Position numbers and translations under genes: made by a program. Below are positions 11,674-22,176 of a stretch of DNA of 64,000 nt, in pieces. Position 1 is the stretch's first letter. Every line of letters begins with the position of its first letter. This DNA is from Candidatus Oxydemutatoraceae bacterium (lineage in GTDB: Bacteria; Pseudomonadota; Gammaproteobacteria; Poriferisulfidales; Oxydemutatoraceae): assembly GCA_965218975.1 (NCBI GenBank), contig OZ244717.1, forward strand, positions 1,152,001 to 1,216,000, written 5' to 3'. Below the pieces are notes generated by a model, which did no database searches, was not told where the DNA came from, and was given only the letters and a program-made list of their open reading frames with translations.

Positions 11674-12183
11674 ATGATACGTACTGTGTCAACGATTTTA
11701 TTATGCGGGGCTTTAATCGCTTGCGGCTATCATTTAAGCGGTGCGCAAGACAGCGAGAAAAGAATATTTGATGCGATACTAAAGCAGATTTCCGTTGAAG
11801 GTTTGGGGCGTTACGACCCTCTGTACCAACATTTGATTTCGACATTGCGTTCGTATGGATTCCAAATTACCGGACACGATAGCGCTTTGACGCGACTGAC
11901 TATTGAAGATAAACAAATTCAAAAGCACGCTGCGGTTATCGGGGATGAAGCAAAAGCACGCGAGTACTTGTTAACAATGATAATACGTTTTAACGTGCGA
12001 AAAGCGGCCAAACCGGATGATATTTTGTTATACGATCAAACAGTGCGAGCCGAAACGCTTTATCGACATAATCCAATCGAGCTATTAACCACTGAAAATT
12101 TGCGCCGCGACGCTGAGGTTAGACTGGAAGAGGAAATTGTTCGCAATATTATTGCCCGCCTAGCAGCGATTCGTTCTCCTTGA
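11674..12183 (+). CDS. lptE: LPS assembly lipoprotein
   Basis: Lipobox LIACGYHL, AREY motif, directly after leuS. Confidence 0.88.
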   Translation: MIRTVSTILLCGALIACGYHLSGAQDSEKRIFDAILKQISVEGLGRYDPLYQHLISTLRSYGFQITGHDSALTRLTIEDKQIQKHAAVIGDEAKAREYLLTMIIRFNVRKAAKPDDILLYDQTVRAETLYRHNPIELLTTENLRRDAEVRLEEEIVRNIIARLAAIRSP

Positions 12184-12433
12184 GTATATGATGATCAATT
12201 GTCTTTTCGCAGTATCATCTATAGCAACTCAGGCGATGCTGCGTAATCCCGATGGCGTTTTGTTCGGTTCTTATGCTATTCCTTAAAAACAGAGAACATA
12301 GAAGTTTTTTTCACTTCTTTCGAGTCGGTGTACGATGCCACCCTAAATGGGATTTTTGAAGATCTTCTGGGGAAGCGTTCGGCAGTAACATTCGGATCGG
12401 TGCTTTCTGTCCGTTGCCGGCATGAGGGCGGTG

Positions 12434-12692
12434 TAGGGTGAGACGCGCTCGGAAAACCGATCGGTTTTCAGCGGCGAACGACCCGACAAGGACGTCGAGG
12501 CTGGCGCTTATTGACAGAACCAAGTCTCGTCATGGACGAGCAGGGTGAGACGCGCTCGGAAAACCGATCGGTTTTCAGCGGCGAACGACCCGACAAGGAC
12601 GTCGGGGCTGGCGCTTATTGACAGAACCAAGTCTCGTCATGGACGACAGGCACTTTGCCGACAATCCGGCAGCAAACACAAAATGGTTTCAT
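12434..12692 (-). repeat. Two tandem 107-bp repeat units plus tail
   Basis: Units start at 12434 and 12541 (YAGGGTGAGACGCG...CTCGTCATGGACGA), period 107. Confidence 0.97.
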
Positions 12693-13030
12693 CAGCTCAA
12701 AGACTTTACTGCTGCCGAAATTCTGCCAGGCGCAGGAATGCGGCTGCGTTGCGGCTGTTACAGCGGTTGGTTGCCACTGCTATTGCCATTCGGGTATAGA
12801 CATCGATGGCCGTTAAGACGTAGCGGCGCACTCCGTGCTGATCACGCACAATCGTATCCAGGGCGATGCAATGCCCCGGATACTGTGCTTTGAAGTGTTT
12901 CGGCTTGCGTGCCCTGTAACGGCGCTTAAACGGTCGTTTTGTTTGTCCTTTGGCATTCAGCCGCTGCGGAATACAGCGTATTTTATCCGGCGCATCTGCG
13001 ATCAGGCGCGCAATCGTGCGGACACTCGGG

Positions 13031-13289
13031 CAGGGTGAGACGCGCCCGGAAAACCGACTGGTTTTCAGCGGTGAACGACCCGACAAGGACGTCGGGGCTG
13101 GCGCTTATTGACAGAACCAAGTCTCGTCATGGACGAGCAGGGTGAGACGCGCCCGGAAAACCGATCGGTTTTCAGCGGCGAACGACCCGACAAGGACGTC
13201 GGGGCTGGCGCTTATTGACAGAACCAAGTCTCGTCATGGACGACAGGCACTTTGCCGACAATCCGGCAACAAACACAAAACGGTTTCAT
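13031..13289 (-). repeat. Two tandem 107-bp repeat units plus tail
   Basis: Units start at 13031 and 13138; they lie between the transposase codons for KPFC and PCPSV. Confidence 0.97.
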
Positions 13290-13334
13290 CAGCTCAAAGA
13301 TTTTACTGCTGCCGAGATTCGGATAAGCCTGGCG

Positions 13335-13483
13335 CAGGGTGAGACGCGCCCGGAAAACCAATTGGTTTTCAGCGGTGAACGACCCGACAAGGACGTCGGG
13401 GCTGGAGCTTGTTGACAGAACCCAGTCGCGTCATGGACGACAGGCACTTTGCCGACAATCCGGCACAAGCGCAAAACGGTTTC
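13335..13483 (-). repeat. Single repeat unit, variant B
   Basis: Same unit with GAAAACC-AATT-GGTTTTC and GGAGCTTGTTGAC substitutions. Confidence 0.95.
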
Positions 13484-14171
13484 GTGCTGAATCGGTTGCG
13501 GCCAGACCCGCTGGCGCCTCTTACGCGGCGCTTTGCTGCGATCATGTAAGGCGCTGAGGCCAGTGCAGCGATAACGCCGGCGCCAGCGGTACAAAGTACT
13601 GCGACCGATCTTGAATGCGTTCGGGAGTTACAACCCTCCCAAAATAATAGGGCATCATATTTCTGTTGAGCCGTTGTGTTCATGAGCCTCTATTTTTGAA
13701 GCAAAATTGGCTATTTTATAGAAACCTTTGATGCGGTGGCCGATGTGCTGATATTGCATATCGGTTACCTTTTTGAGTCGTGCCGTGAATCCCACATGTA
13801 TCTGGCACTGTACAGTGTCCAATACATCCCGGACAAATGAGGGAGTGTCGGGTAATGACTTGAACGACACAGTGTCCGACATGCTTGGCATCGGCTTTGC
13901 GATTGAGACGCGGGGAGTATTTTCTTTTAATGACACCGAATTAGTGTAGCAGTTACCTAATCACTTCATTAAATGTGTTAGTATTAAAAAGGGAGGATAA
14001 GCGATTAGAAAATCTCCTATCCTTCAAGCCAACAGATTTCGAACAAGCGATTGACTGCTAGCTTCCACTAGTAAAATTCCTCTGAGCGTGTACTTTAAAT
14101 ATTCAACCGGAACGGAAAAATTCTTTTTGGACGGCGATATCGCAGTTTTAGGTTTCGTAGTTTCCGTTGCA

Positions 14172-15080
14172 CTAAACTTTGCTCCCATTATGTGGTCGTT
14201 CCGTACGGCAATGCGCACGGACGACTTTTGCGATTGCGGCAGAGTCCGATTCACCGTGACCGTTCTCGATTAATTCGACAAGGTATTTATAAGCCAACGC
14301 CGTTCCGGTAAGTTCAATATTCATGCTATCGGCAGTGGCAGCAGTATTTTTTAAATCTTTCAAGTGGAGGCGTGCCTTGAATCCTGGCGTATAATTTTGC
14401 GTCAACATTTTTTCTCCGTGCGTTTCGAGAATACGGCTGTAAGCAAAACCACCGAGTAAAGCTTGCCGCACTTGTGCGGGATCAACATCTGCGGCGGCGG
14501 CAAATTCGAATGCTTCGGCAACGGCGATCATGGTTTGTGCAACGATTAGTTGATTACAAGCTTTTGCTATTTGCCCGGCGCCGTGGTTGCCGATGCGAAC
14601 AATATTTCCCCCAAGTATCTTGAGTAAAGGCAACGCGCTTTGAAATGTTTCTTGAAGACCTCCGACCATAATTGAGAGAGTTCCGTCAATTGCTCCTTGT
14701 TCACCGCCTGAAACCGGTGCGTCAAGAAAGTCAATTCCGCGCGCACCCAATCGAGCGGCAATCTGTCGCGTTGCGACGGGCGAGATAGTGCTCATATCAA
14801 TGATAATGCTTCCCTTCGAAGCACCGTGTATAATGCTGTCGGAATGTTTAATGGTCACTTCTTCCACGTCTGCGGTGTCAGATACCATCACGATACAAAA
14901 ACGGGCCTGTTCTACCGCATCTTTCGGTGTTGGGCAGGGTATTGCCCCCATTTCAATTGATAATTCTTCGTTTTTCCGATTTCGCGCATAGGTAAAAATT
15001 TTGTGTCCCGCTTTAAGAAGATTGTGCGCCATGGGCTTTCCCATAATGCCGAGACCAATAAAAGCTATTTTTTCGGGCAT
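14172..15080 (-). CDS. NAD(P)-dependent beta-hydroxyacid dehydrogenase (2-hydroxy-3-oxopropionate reductase, GarR/GlxR family)
   Basis: IAFIGLGIMGKPMA, DMSTISP, FLDAPVSGG, GAGQIAKACNQ, PGFKARLHLKDL. Confidence 0.9.
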   Translation of the reverse strand: MPEKIAFIGLGIMGKPMAHNLLKAGHKIFTYARNRKNEELSIEMGAIPCPTPKDAVEQARFCIVMVSDTADVEEVTIKHSDSIIHGASKGSIIIDMSTISPVATRQIAARLGARGIDFLDAPVSGGEQGAIDGTLSIMVGGLQETFQSALPLLKILGGNIVRIGNHGAGQIAKACNQLIVAQTMIAVAEAFEFAAAADVDPAQVRQALLGGFAYSRILETHGEKMLTQNYTPGFKARLHLKDLKNTAATADSMNIELTGTALAYKYLVELIENGHGESDSAAIAKVVRAHCRTERPHNGSKV

Positions 15081-15100
15081 TTAGACCTCCGGTTTTTTAT

Positions 15101-16129
15101 ATGAAGGTGTATTTTAGTCAGTTGCAGTCAAAACTGGATAAGGAATTAGCGCCGGTTTATTTAATTGCCGGTAATGAACCGCTGCAACGCATGGAGGCCT
15201 CCGATATGGTTCGAACTGCCGCGCGTACACGGGGTTTTACTGAGCGGAGTTTGTTTTTTGGTGACCAAATTTCTGATTGGGTTAAATTCAAAGCAGAAGT
15301 TTCAAATGTCTCGATATTTGCCGATAAGCGTTTGTTTGAAGTGATATTGGGAGAAAACAAGCCTAAAACTGTAGCAAGTGAGTTCTTTAAAACTTATGTT
15401 GAAGATCTGCCGTCGCATACTATCTTATTGATACGTGCCGATAAGGTTGACAGGCGTCTTACGTGGGTGAAGCAAATTGAAAAACTAGGTGTTACGGTTC
15501 AAGTTTACCCTAAGACATTGAATGAGATGCGGGCATGGTTGCGCGAACGTATGTTACGTGCCAATTTAAAAATGGAAGAGCATGTTGTTGAATTAATTTC
15601 AGAACGAACGGAAGGGAATATGCTTGCCGCAGCGCAGGAAGTCACCAAGTTAGAATTGTTATGCGAGGGAGGCATAGTGCGTCGCCAAGATGTTGAAAAA
15701 TTTGTCGGAATCAGTTCAAAATTCACCGTTTATGAGTTGGCAGATGCCGCCTGTGCCGGCGATGTGGAAAGATCTTTGCAAATTATGTATAGTTTGCAAA
15801 TTGACAACAGTCCCTTACCTTTAGTTTTATGGGCGATTGTGGCAGAAATCCGTAAAATGATAACGCTGGAGCAACGTTTGGAAAACGGCGAGAAAATGGA
15901 GCTTGTTCTGCGCGGCGAATGGCTTAATCGGCGGGCACAAGTGCGTAATGTGCTAAATAGGAAACTAGGTAAAAAATGGCAGAATACATTGTACTGGTGC
16001 GCAGAAATGGATAAAGCGATTAAAGGGCTAGGCGATGACGATGCTTGGAATGAGCTGTTACAGCTCATACTGAAAATTTGCGGCGTAAGAAGTTTATCAA
16101 AGCGTACGCTTGTGGCGTCGCGAATTTAA
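15101..16129 (+). CDS. holA: DNA polymerase III delta subunit
   Basis: [33 protein letters not shown]; precedes proA-nadD. Confidence 0.93.
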   Translation: MKVYFSQLQSKLDKELAPVYLIAGNEPLQRMEASDMVRTAARTRGFTERSLFFGDQISDWVKFKAEVSNVSIFADKRLFEVILGENKPKTVASEFFKTYVEDLPSHTILLIRADKVDRRLTWVKQIEKLGVTVQVYPKTLNEMRAWLRERMLRANLKMEEHVVELISERTEGNMLAAAQEVTKLELLCEGGIVRRQDVEKFVGISSKFTVYELADAACAGDVERSLQIMYSLQIDNSPLPLVLWAIVAEIRKMITLEQRLENGEKMELVLRGEWLNRRAQVRNVLNRKLGKKWQNTLYWCAEMDKAIKGLGDDDAWNELLQLILKICGVRSLSKRTLVASRI

Positions 16130-17403
16130 TGATAGTTAAGCAAGCAGTGCAATCACCGGAATCAGTTGAAAGTTTAATTCGAAAAGTCAGCGATGCCACT
16201 CAAGTATTGGCAGTCGCTGATACTGCGCAGAAGAATATCGCTTTAGAAGCCATCGCCTCACGGATTGAATCGTCTCGCGAACGATTGTTGGCGGCAAATG
16301 AGAAGGACTTGACGGCGGCGCGTGGTCGGAAAATTGATGCGGCAATGACGGATCGTTTGGTGTTAAATGATCAGCGGATTCAAGCTATGGTGGAAGGATT
16401 GCGGCAAATAGCTGTTTTGCCCGACCCGGTCGGCGAAATTGGCAAGACTCGGCAACGCCCGTCAGGAATTCGTTTGGCAACTATGCGTGTTCCATTGGGT
16501 GTCATCGGGATTATTTATGAATCGCGCCCCAATGTAACTGCCGATGCGGCAGGTTTATGTTTGAAGTCCGGTAATGCAGTGGTATTACGCGGTGGGTCGG
16601 AAGCAATTCATTCGAATTGCGCCATTGCCGATTGCATCGGCGAAGGTCTTACCGAAGCGAATTTGCCGGTTGATTGTGTCGGCTTAATCCGGACGACTGA
16701 TCGCGCTGCGGTCGCTAGCTTACTGCAATGCGATACGATGGTTGATGTGATTATTCCGCGCGGAGGGAAGTCCTTGATTGAAAGGGTTATGCGCGAGTCA
16801 AAAATTCCGGTGATTAAACATTTGGACGGCATTTGTCACACTTACATTGATTGTGATGCGGATTTTGACAAAGCGCTTGCGATTTCGATCAATGCTAAGA
16901 CGCATCGTTACGGTGTCTGCAATGCAATGGAAACTTTGCTGATTGATCAGACAATCGCCGACCGATTTCTTCCGCAGGTAGCGGATGCGTTGCGAGCGAA
17001 AGGGGTAGAGTTGCGCGGCTGCTCGCGCAGCCGCGAAATTGATGGCTCTTTGATATCGGCGACAGAGGAGGATTGGCGCACTGAATATTTATCGCCAATC
17101 CTATCGATAAGAATTGTGTCAGGTGTGGAGCAAGCAATTGAACACATCCAAACATACGGATCGCATCATACCGATGCGATCGTCACTGAAAATTCCGATC
17201 ATGCGAAGAATTTTTTACGAAAAGTTGATTCCAGTTCCGTAATGGTAAATGCTTCGACACGATTTGCCGATGGCTTTGAATATGGGTTGGGGGCTGAGAT
17301 TGGGATCAGTACTGATAAGTTGCATGTGCGCGGACCGGTGGGACTTGTCGGTTTAACGACGAGAAAGTACGTCGTTTTCGGCGATGGACATATTCGCGAG
17401 TGA
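16129..17403 (+). CDS. proA: Gamma-glutamyl phosphate reductase
   Basis: [41 protein letters not shown]; TAATG overlap with holA. Confidence 0.97.
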   Translation: MIVKQAVQSPESVESLIRKVSDATQVLAVADTAQKNIALEAIASRIESSRERLLAANEKDLTAARGRKIDAAMTDRLVLNDQRIQAMVEGLRQIAVLPDPVGEIGKTRQRPSGIRLATMRVPLGVIGIIYESRPNVTADAAGLCLKSGNAVVLRGGSEAIHSNCAIADCIGEGLTEANLPVDCVGLIRTTDRAAVASLLQCDTMVDVIIPRGGKSLIERVMRESKIPVIKHLDGICHTYIDCDADFDKALAISINAKTHRYGVCNAMETLLIDQTIADRFLPQVADALRAKGVELRGCSRSREIDGSLISATEEDWRTEYLSPILSIRIVSGVEQAIEHIQTYGSHHTDAIVTENSDHAKNFLRKVDSSSVMVNASTRFADGFEYGLGAEIGISTDKLHVRGPVGLVGLTTRKYVVFGDGHIRE

Positions 17404-18038
17404 AGCAACAGCTGACGGTCGTTTTCGGAGGAGCATTTGACCCTGTACACTTCGGTCACATTAAGCCGCTTCTTGAGCTGTCAAAATGTTTACCGGCTTC
17501 ACGAATTCTATTTCTACCGTGCTATCGGCAGGCAGATAAATTACCGCTGGCAAGTTCGATACATCGTCTTGCAATGCTGCGGTTGGTTATCCGCCCTCCG
17601 CAATTGCTTGTCGATACACGTGAACTGGATAAGCAAAGTATTTGTTATACCGTCGATGCTTTAACCGAGTTTCGCGAGGAGCTTGGCGCACGTCATCCTA
17701 TCTGCTTTATGCTTGGTCAGGATGCATTCGCCCAGATTCAGGCATGGGAGCGCTACGAGCGGATTATCGATCTTGCTCACTTGATTGTGACGGTGCGTCC
17801 GGAATCCGATGTTGTGAAAAGCCATCCTTTATTAGAGTGCCGTGGCGGATGGTCACCGCTGGCGGCGTTGTATGATGCGCCTGCCGGTAAGCTATGTCGG
17901 TTTCGAAATCAACCGATTGCTGTGTCTTCAGGTCAAGTGCGTGAATGCTTGATGTATGGCGAGCAGCCGAAATATCTTTTGCCCGGTGCGGTCTGGAATT
18001 ATATTCGTCGGCACAAACTGTATTCAACGACGCATTAA
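17400..18038 (+). CDS. nadD: Nicotinate-nucleotide adenylyltransferase
   Basis: [32 protein letters not shown]; synteny. Confidence 0.92.
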   Translation: MKQQLTVVFGGAFDPVHFGHIKPLLELSKCLPASRILFLPCYRQADKLPLASSIHRLAMLRLVIRPPQLLVDTRELDKQSICYTVDALTEFREELGARHPICFMLGQDAFAQIQAWERYERIIDLAHLIVTVRPESDVVKSHPLLECRGGWSPLAALYDAPAGKLCRFRNQPIAVSSGQVRECLMYGEQPKYLLPGAVWNYIRRHKLYSTTH

Positions 18039-18388
18039 TGTTAGGCAAGATATTAAAAGACTGCGTCGTTGCTTCATTAAAAGACATGAAAGCACGCGAT
18101 ATTACAGTCATTGATGTGCGTGGAAAGACTTCTATTACCGATTTTATTATCATTGCAACCGGTTCTTCCGATCGCCATGCAAAAGCGGTCGCGCAAAAGT
18201 TGATTAGAGATATAAAAAAACTAGGAACGAAACCGCTGGGCATCGAGGGCATCGATACGCCATCGTGGATATTGATTGATCTCGGTGACATTGTTGTACA
18301 TGTAATGCAGTTGGCGGCACGCACATTTTATGACATTGAACAATTGTGGCAAATGAACTTTATGGAAAGCCATGAGCACACGGGATGA
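18038..18388 (+). CDS. rsfS: Ribosome silencing factor
   Basis: DMKARDI, IATGSSDRH, WILIDLGDIVVHVM...RTFYDIEQLW. Start at ATG 18038. Confidence 0.94.
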   Translation: MLGKILKDCVVASLKDMKARDITVIDVRGKTSITDFIIIATGSSDRHAKAVAQKLIRDIKKLGTKPLGIEGIDTPSWILIDLGDIVVHVMQLAARTFYDIEQLWQMNFMESHEHTG

Positions 18389-18432
18389 TTATTTTTTCCA
18401 TATCGTGAGTTTAAAAGAATCTGTTTTTTCGC

Positions 18433-21400
18433 ATGTTTAGCAGGGAAAATTTGATGAACCGTTTTATTTGGTTTATCCCTTTTATACTCGCAGTATTTGC
18501 ATTAATCAGTCTGTCCGTAAGAATGCTATTTCCGCACATTGATTTTTACAAAGATGAACTAGCAGGCGAATTATCGAAAGTTATCGCCTTACCGGTAACC
18601 GTCGGCGCGATTGAATCTTACATTCGCGGTTATACTCCGTTGGTGGCGGTATCGGATGTCACAATCGGGGATTCTGCCAATGATGAATTTCTGCATTTTG
18701 CCCGCTTGGAATTTGAATTGGATATTTGGCGTTCTCTATTGGCGCGACAAGTAGTGGTCCAATCTTTGATCGCTGAAAGCAGCCAATTGGATTTTGTGCG
18801 CAGCCAAGATGGTGCGATGCATCTAAGCGGTATTTTGGCGGCATTCACATTTGATGGGGACCGCATACCGATCCGCCTTCCTGAAATTCTATTTCTCAAT
18901 ACTCGCTTGCGATGGCATAATCAAACCACCGGGAAGCGATATTTATTGCTCGCTGACCGGTTACAATTTATTTCAAACGAACAACGGCATTACGTGGAAG
19001 CTTCGGTTCATTTGCCTGAAGAACTAGGTAAACGATTAAACTTCACTGCCGATTTTAACGGTATTTTGAATCAACCGGACACATGGACGGGGCGTTTCTA
19101 TCTGCAATCGAAGGCAATGATCATCGACGAATGGTTATCGGCTGTATCTTTGCCGCTAGGTTATGCGGGTAATGTTGAAGTATCGATATGGGGCAACATT
19201 GATTCGCAAGAGCAAGCTTGGGTAGCCGGCAGTATTCACTGTAGTCAATGTGTGTCGCCATATTGGGAGAAGGCGGATTTTTCCGGCTCATTCTACGGAG
19301 AACGAGACCACGTAAATTGGCGAGTTGCTTTGTCCGATGTTGCATTGAATATTTCTACTTTTCGATTGCAAGAGGCAAGCTTTGTATTTAGAAAAAAACA
19401 TGAGTCACCGCTGTTTGATTATGCAATAGAGTTACCACACTTCACTGATTACCATATCGACAGCCTATATCCGCTCCTAGAATTAGAAAAGCACGATAAG
19501 CAGGTTTCTTTGCAATCGGAATCCGGCACATTATCAATTGTCGCACGTGCCGTCAGCCCGAGAATATCTGCGTTTAATGAAAAGGATTTTATGTTTGAAC
19601 TGGCTCGTGCGGTGCAATCAATACAATACCTACACGGCAAACTACGGATGCAAAAAGCGCAGTTTTCTTTACCGCAGTGGAGGCAAGAATTTGATGAAAT
19701 CTCTGCTACGGTGCGTTTCGCACAATCGGGTGATGATAGGGTTTTGTTACTTGACCGGATTGCATTGACGCAGGACGGTGCACAACTGGGCGGCAGCGCC
19801 GGTTGGATAGCCGGAGAAAATGATTCCGGTCACTTGAAAGCGGGGGTAGACATTAACAATTTTCCGCTTTCACGCACTTCACAATGGGTGCCACACAACA
19901 AAATACATCCGAAGCTTTCCGAATGGCTTAAACGTGCCTTTGTGCGCGGTAATTTGTCGAGAGGACGAATTGAAATTGACGGCAAGCTTGCGGAGTTTCC
20001 ATTCGTTGACAGTAATGGTCGTCTATCCTTCACCGCAGATTTGCGCGGTATGGAAATTAATTATCGCAAACAAAGGAAACCTTTTAAAAACGTCAATGCT
20101 CGCTTGATGATCAATGGCACTTCGCTTTTAGTGACTGTATCCGACCTGGATTATTACAGTATGCATTCGAGTTACGCGACGGCACGGATTAATAATGTTC
20201 TCCGACCGTATCTTGAAGTTGAAGCCTCAGCAGACGGACCTTTGGAGGATATTATTGCGTACGCATTGCAGGCAAAATTAATTGACCAAGACAGTTTGCT
20301 GATGCAAAGTATGGATTTTTTCGGGAATGTCGGTTTGAAATTATCAGTCGGCGCACCATTAAGGAAAACTGTCGATAGACCGGCAACAATTGACGGAGTC
20401 ATATACTTTGATCACGCATCAATTGCTATTCCGGACCTGGGATTGGAGTTTGCCGAAATTAAAGGTAATTTGAATTTTGACGCTACGGGAGGACAGTCGG
20501 ATCGCTTAACCGCTGTTGTGGATAGTTTGTCTCTAACTGCCAGTGCACAACCGACGGGAGATGGAACAATTTTGAGCATGCGCGGCGGTTTGCCTTCCAG
20601 ATTCTTTACCGATAGATTTCCGCAGAAATGGCAAAGCTATTTCGATGGAACTTCTTTGTGGGAAGCGCAGGTGACTATTCCCAATCCGCGACATGCCAAA
20701 AGGGAAGGAGAAGAGCTTGCGCTGCAAATGCAATCGGATCTTATGGGTACTGCGGTGAGTTTGCCATCGCCTTTTTTAAAATCCGCTGATGAGAAACGCT
20801 TATTTAAATTAGAGTTTCAGGCGAATAATCAAGGCGGCAAATATCGGATCCGATACGGTGATTTTAGTGGCAATTTTGAATATAGGAATGGGGAACTAAC
20901 ATTAGCTCATGTCCGTTTTGGCAACGGTGAGCCTTTGTCGACCAACACTGCGTACTCGGTCGGAGGGAAGATTAGGCAAACTGTATTAATTGATCAGTGG
21001 TTACGCTTAAAAGAACAAACTGAAGGGATGTTGTCTCCTTTATATATTGATCTGGATTTTAATCGACTGGTTTGGGGCGGTAATGATTTTGGCAGAAGTC
21101 GTATTAATGTCAATTTACCCACCCAACGGCACTGGCAAGCGGAAGTCAGTTCCACGGCGGTACAAGGAAAAATTTCATCTTTACCACTGCCGGATCAGGA
21201 GTATCTGAAAGCAGATATGGATTATGTGTTATTACCGGATAGCGATATTTTTGATGGTTTGAGCGGCAAAATGAAACTTGATTCTGTTCCGATTATAGAA
21301 GTATCCGCGCAAAAGTTTCAATACGGTGATATTGAGGGAGAAGATCTGCGTTTAATCACTAGCAAACGCAAACGGGCTTTATTTGTTGATGATTTGAGCT

Positions 21401-22176
21401 TCAATGCCTCCAGCGTGCTCGTTAGCTTACAGGGGAAATGGCAGGATACGATTGCAGGCGAAATGTGTGATTTCATTTTTAGCATTCGAGGTAGAAGGTA
21501 TGACCGATTGCTCAAGTTATGGGATATCAGTGAAAGCTTACAAGACGGAGAAGGCAGTTTATCGGGTCGTTTGAAGTGGCCGGGATCGCCTAAAGATTTT
21601 TCTGTTGAAACAATGACCGGCAATATTCGGATTAATCTTGAGGACGGTGTTATTAGAAAAGTAAAACCTGGCATTACACGTTTGTTTGGTTTGGTTAACC
21701 TACAAGTGATCACTCGTCGTTTGTCATTGGATTTTGGCGATGTGTTAGAGGAAGGTTTGGCGTTTGATACGATGACCGGAACATTTGTGGCCCGGGGCGG
21801 GAATCTTCATACCAACAATTTTTTGTTGACGGGGCCGGCGCTGGAACTAACACTGGATGGTCGTGTCGGCATAATTGCTCGCGATTATGATCAATATATG
21901 GAAGTAATACCGAATCTTAGTTCCGGACTGCCGGTAGTGAGCGCCTTGCTCGGCGGACCGATTGCGGCGGCGGTAGTTATTATTGTTGAGAGAATCATCG
22001 GTTTGGGAGACGAGGTTGATAAAGCGGCCGCTCTACAATATAAAATTCACGGCAGTTGGGATGATCCTAAAGTAGAGTTTTTAGGCAACACAATGGTTGA
22101 TAAATTCAAACCTAAAGAAATCACTAATTGGGTCAAGGAAAAACTTCGGGTAAATTCTGATCGGAAGGAAAAATAA
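18433..22176 (+). CDS. yhdP: YhdP/AsmA-like (TIGR02099-type) intermembrane phospholipid transport protein
   Basis: About 1250 aa, single N-terminal TM, beta-rich body, C-terminal RRLSLDFGDV..GLAFD and YKIHGSWDDPKV. Confidence 0.85.
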   Translation: MFSRENLMNRFIWFIPFILAVFALISLSVRMLFPHIDFYKDELAGELSKVIALPVTVGAIESYIRGYTPLVAVSDVTIGDSANDEFLHFARLEFELDIWRSLLARQVVVQSLIAESSQLDFVRSQDGAMHLSGILAAFTFDGDRIPIRLPEILFLNTRLRWHNQTTGKRYLLLADRLQFISNEQRHYVEASVHLPEELGKRLNFTADFNGILNQPDTWTGRFYLQSKAMIIDEWLSAVSLPLGYAGNVEVSIWGNIDSQEQAWVAGSIHCSQCVSPYWEKADFSGSFYGERDHVNWRVALSDVALNISTFRLQEASFVFRKKHESPLFDYAIELPHFTDYHIDSLYPLLELEKHDKQVSLQSESGTLSIVARAVSPRISAFNEKDFMFELARAVQSIQYLHGKLRMQKAQFSLPQWRQEFDEISATVRFAQSGDDRVLLLDRIALTQDGAQLGGSAGWIAGENDSGHLKAGVDINNFPLSRTSQWVPHNKIHPKLSEWLKRAFVRGNLSRGRIEIDGKLAEFPFVDSNGRLSFTADLRGMEINYRKQRKPFKNVNARLMINGTSLLVTVSDLDYYSMHSSYATARINNVLRPYLEVEASADGPLEDIIAYALQAKLIDQDSLLMQSMDFFGNVGLKLSVGAPLRKTVDRPATIDGVIYFDHASIAIPDLGLEFAEIKGNLNFDATGGQSDRLTAVVDSLSLTASAQPTGDGTILSMRGGLPSRFFTDRFPQKWQSYFDGTSLWEAQVTIPNPRHAKREGEELALQMQSDLMGTAVSLPSPFLKSADEKRLFKLEFQANNQGGKYRIRYGDFSGNFEYRNGELTLAHVRFGNGEPLSTNTAYSVGGKIRQTVLIDQWLRLKEQTEGMLSPLYIDLDFNRLVWGGNDFGRSRINVNLPTQRHWQAEVSSTAVQGKISSLPLPDQEYLKADMDYVLLPDSDIFDGLSGKMKLDSVPIIEVSAQKFQYGDIEGEDLRLITSKRKRALFVDDLSFNASSVLVSLQGKWQDTIAGEMCDFIFSIRGRRYDRLLKLWDISESLQDGEGSLSGRLKWPGSPKDFSVETMTGNIRINLEDGVIRKVKPGITRLFGLVNLQVITRRLSLDFGDVLEEGLAFDTMTGTFVARGGNLHTNNFLLTGPALELTLDGRVGIIARDYDQYMEVIPNLSSGLPVVSALLGGPIAAAVVIIVERIIGLGDEVDKAAALQYKIHGSWDDPKVEFLGNTMVDKFKPKEITNWVKEKLRVNSDRKEK

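Larger units (their letters stand above)
12329..13814 (-). mobile_element. Locus A: decayed IS481-family element (family 1) with five internal 107-bp repeats
   Basis: Imperfect TIRs TGTACGATGCCACCCTAAATGGGATT (12329) and, on the minus strand, TGTACAGTGCCAGATACATGTGGGATT (ends 13814). Collinear transposase fragments: MQYQHIGHRIKGFY, LYRWRRRY, YPNLG, PSVRTIARLI, HCIALDT, and C-terminal RPHAG..SHLGWHRT. Frameshifts; the DNG..E core is deleted. Confidence 0.88.

Noticed and set aside
12433-12450. GTAG-family REP element
   Set aside because: Only this copy has GTAG (most have GCAG), no palindrome follows directly, there are no inverted REP pairs or RAYT gene, and the distribution is not extragenic. 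A distant relationship is not excluded.
12434-13483. Canonical CRISPR array
   Set aside because: The repeat is 107 bp or more, intervening pieces range from 0 to over 300 bp and are ordered transposase fragments, and there are no cas genes in the window.
12311-13557. Short ORFs such as MVLSISAS..., MRRARKTDRF... and MTEPSLVMDD... as real genes (also at 31.7-32.7, 51-53, 56-57 and 63.4-63.9 kb)
   Set aside because: They are translations of the repeat in various frames fused to transposase fragments, with variable ends and no consistent RBS.
12323-13820. Target-site duplications around the IS copies
   Set aside because: Flanks of loci A, C1, C2, E and the MITE show no convincing direct repeats.
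17764-18324. Long antisense or alternate-frame ORFs over housekeeping genes (e.g. 17764-18324, 9787-10275, 21318-21713)
   Set aside because: They are shadows of well-supported genes and have no recognisable motifs.
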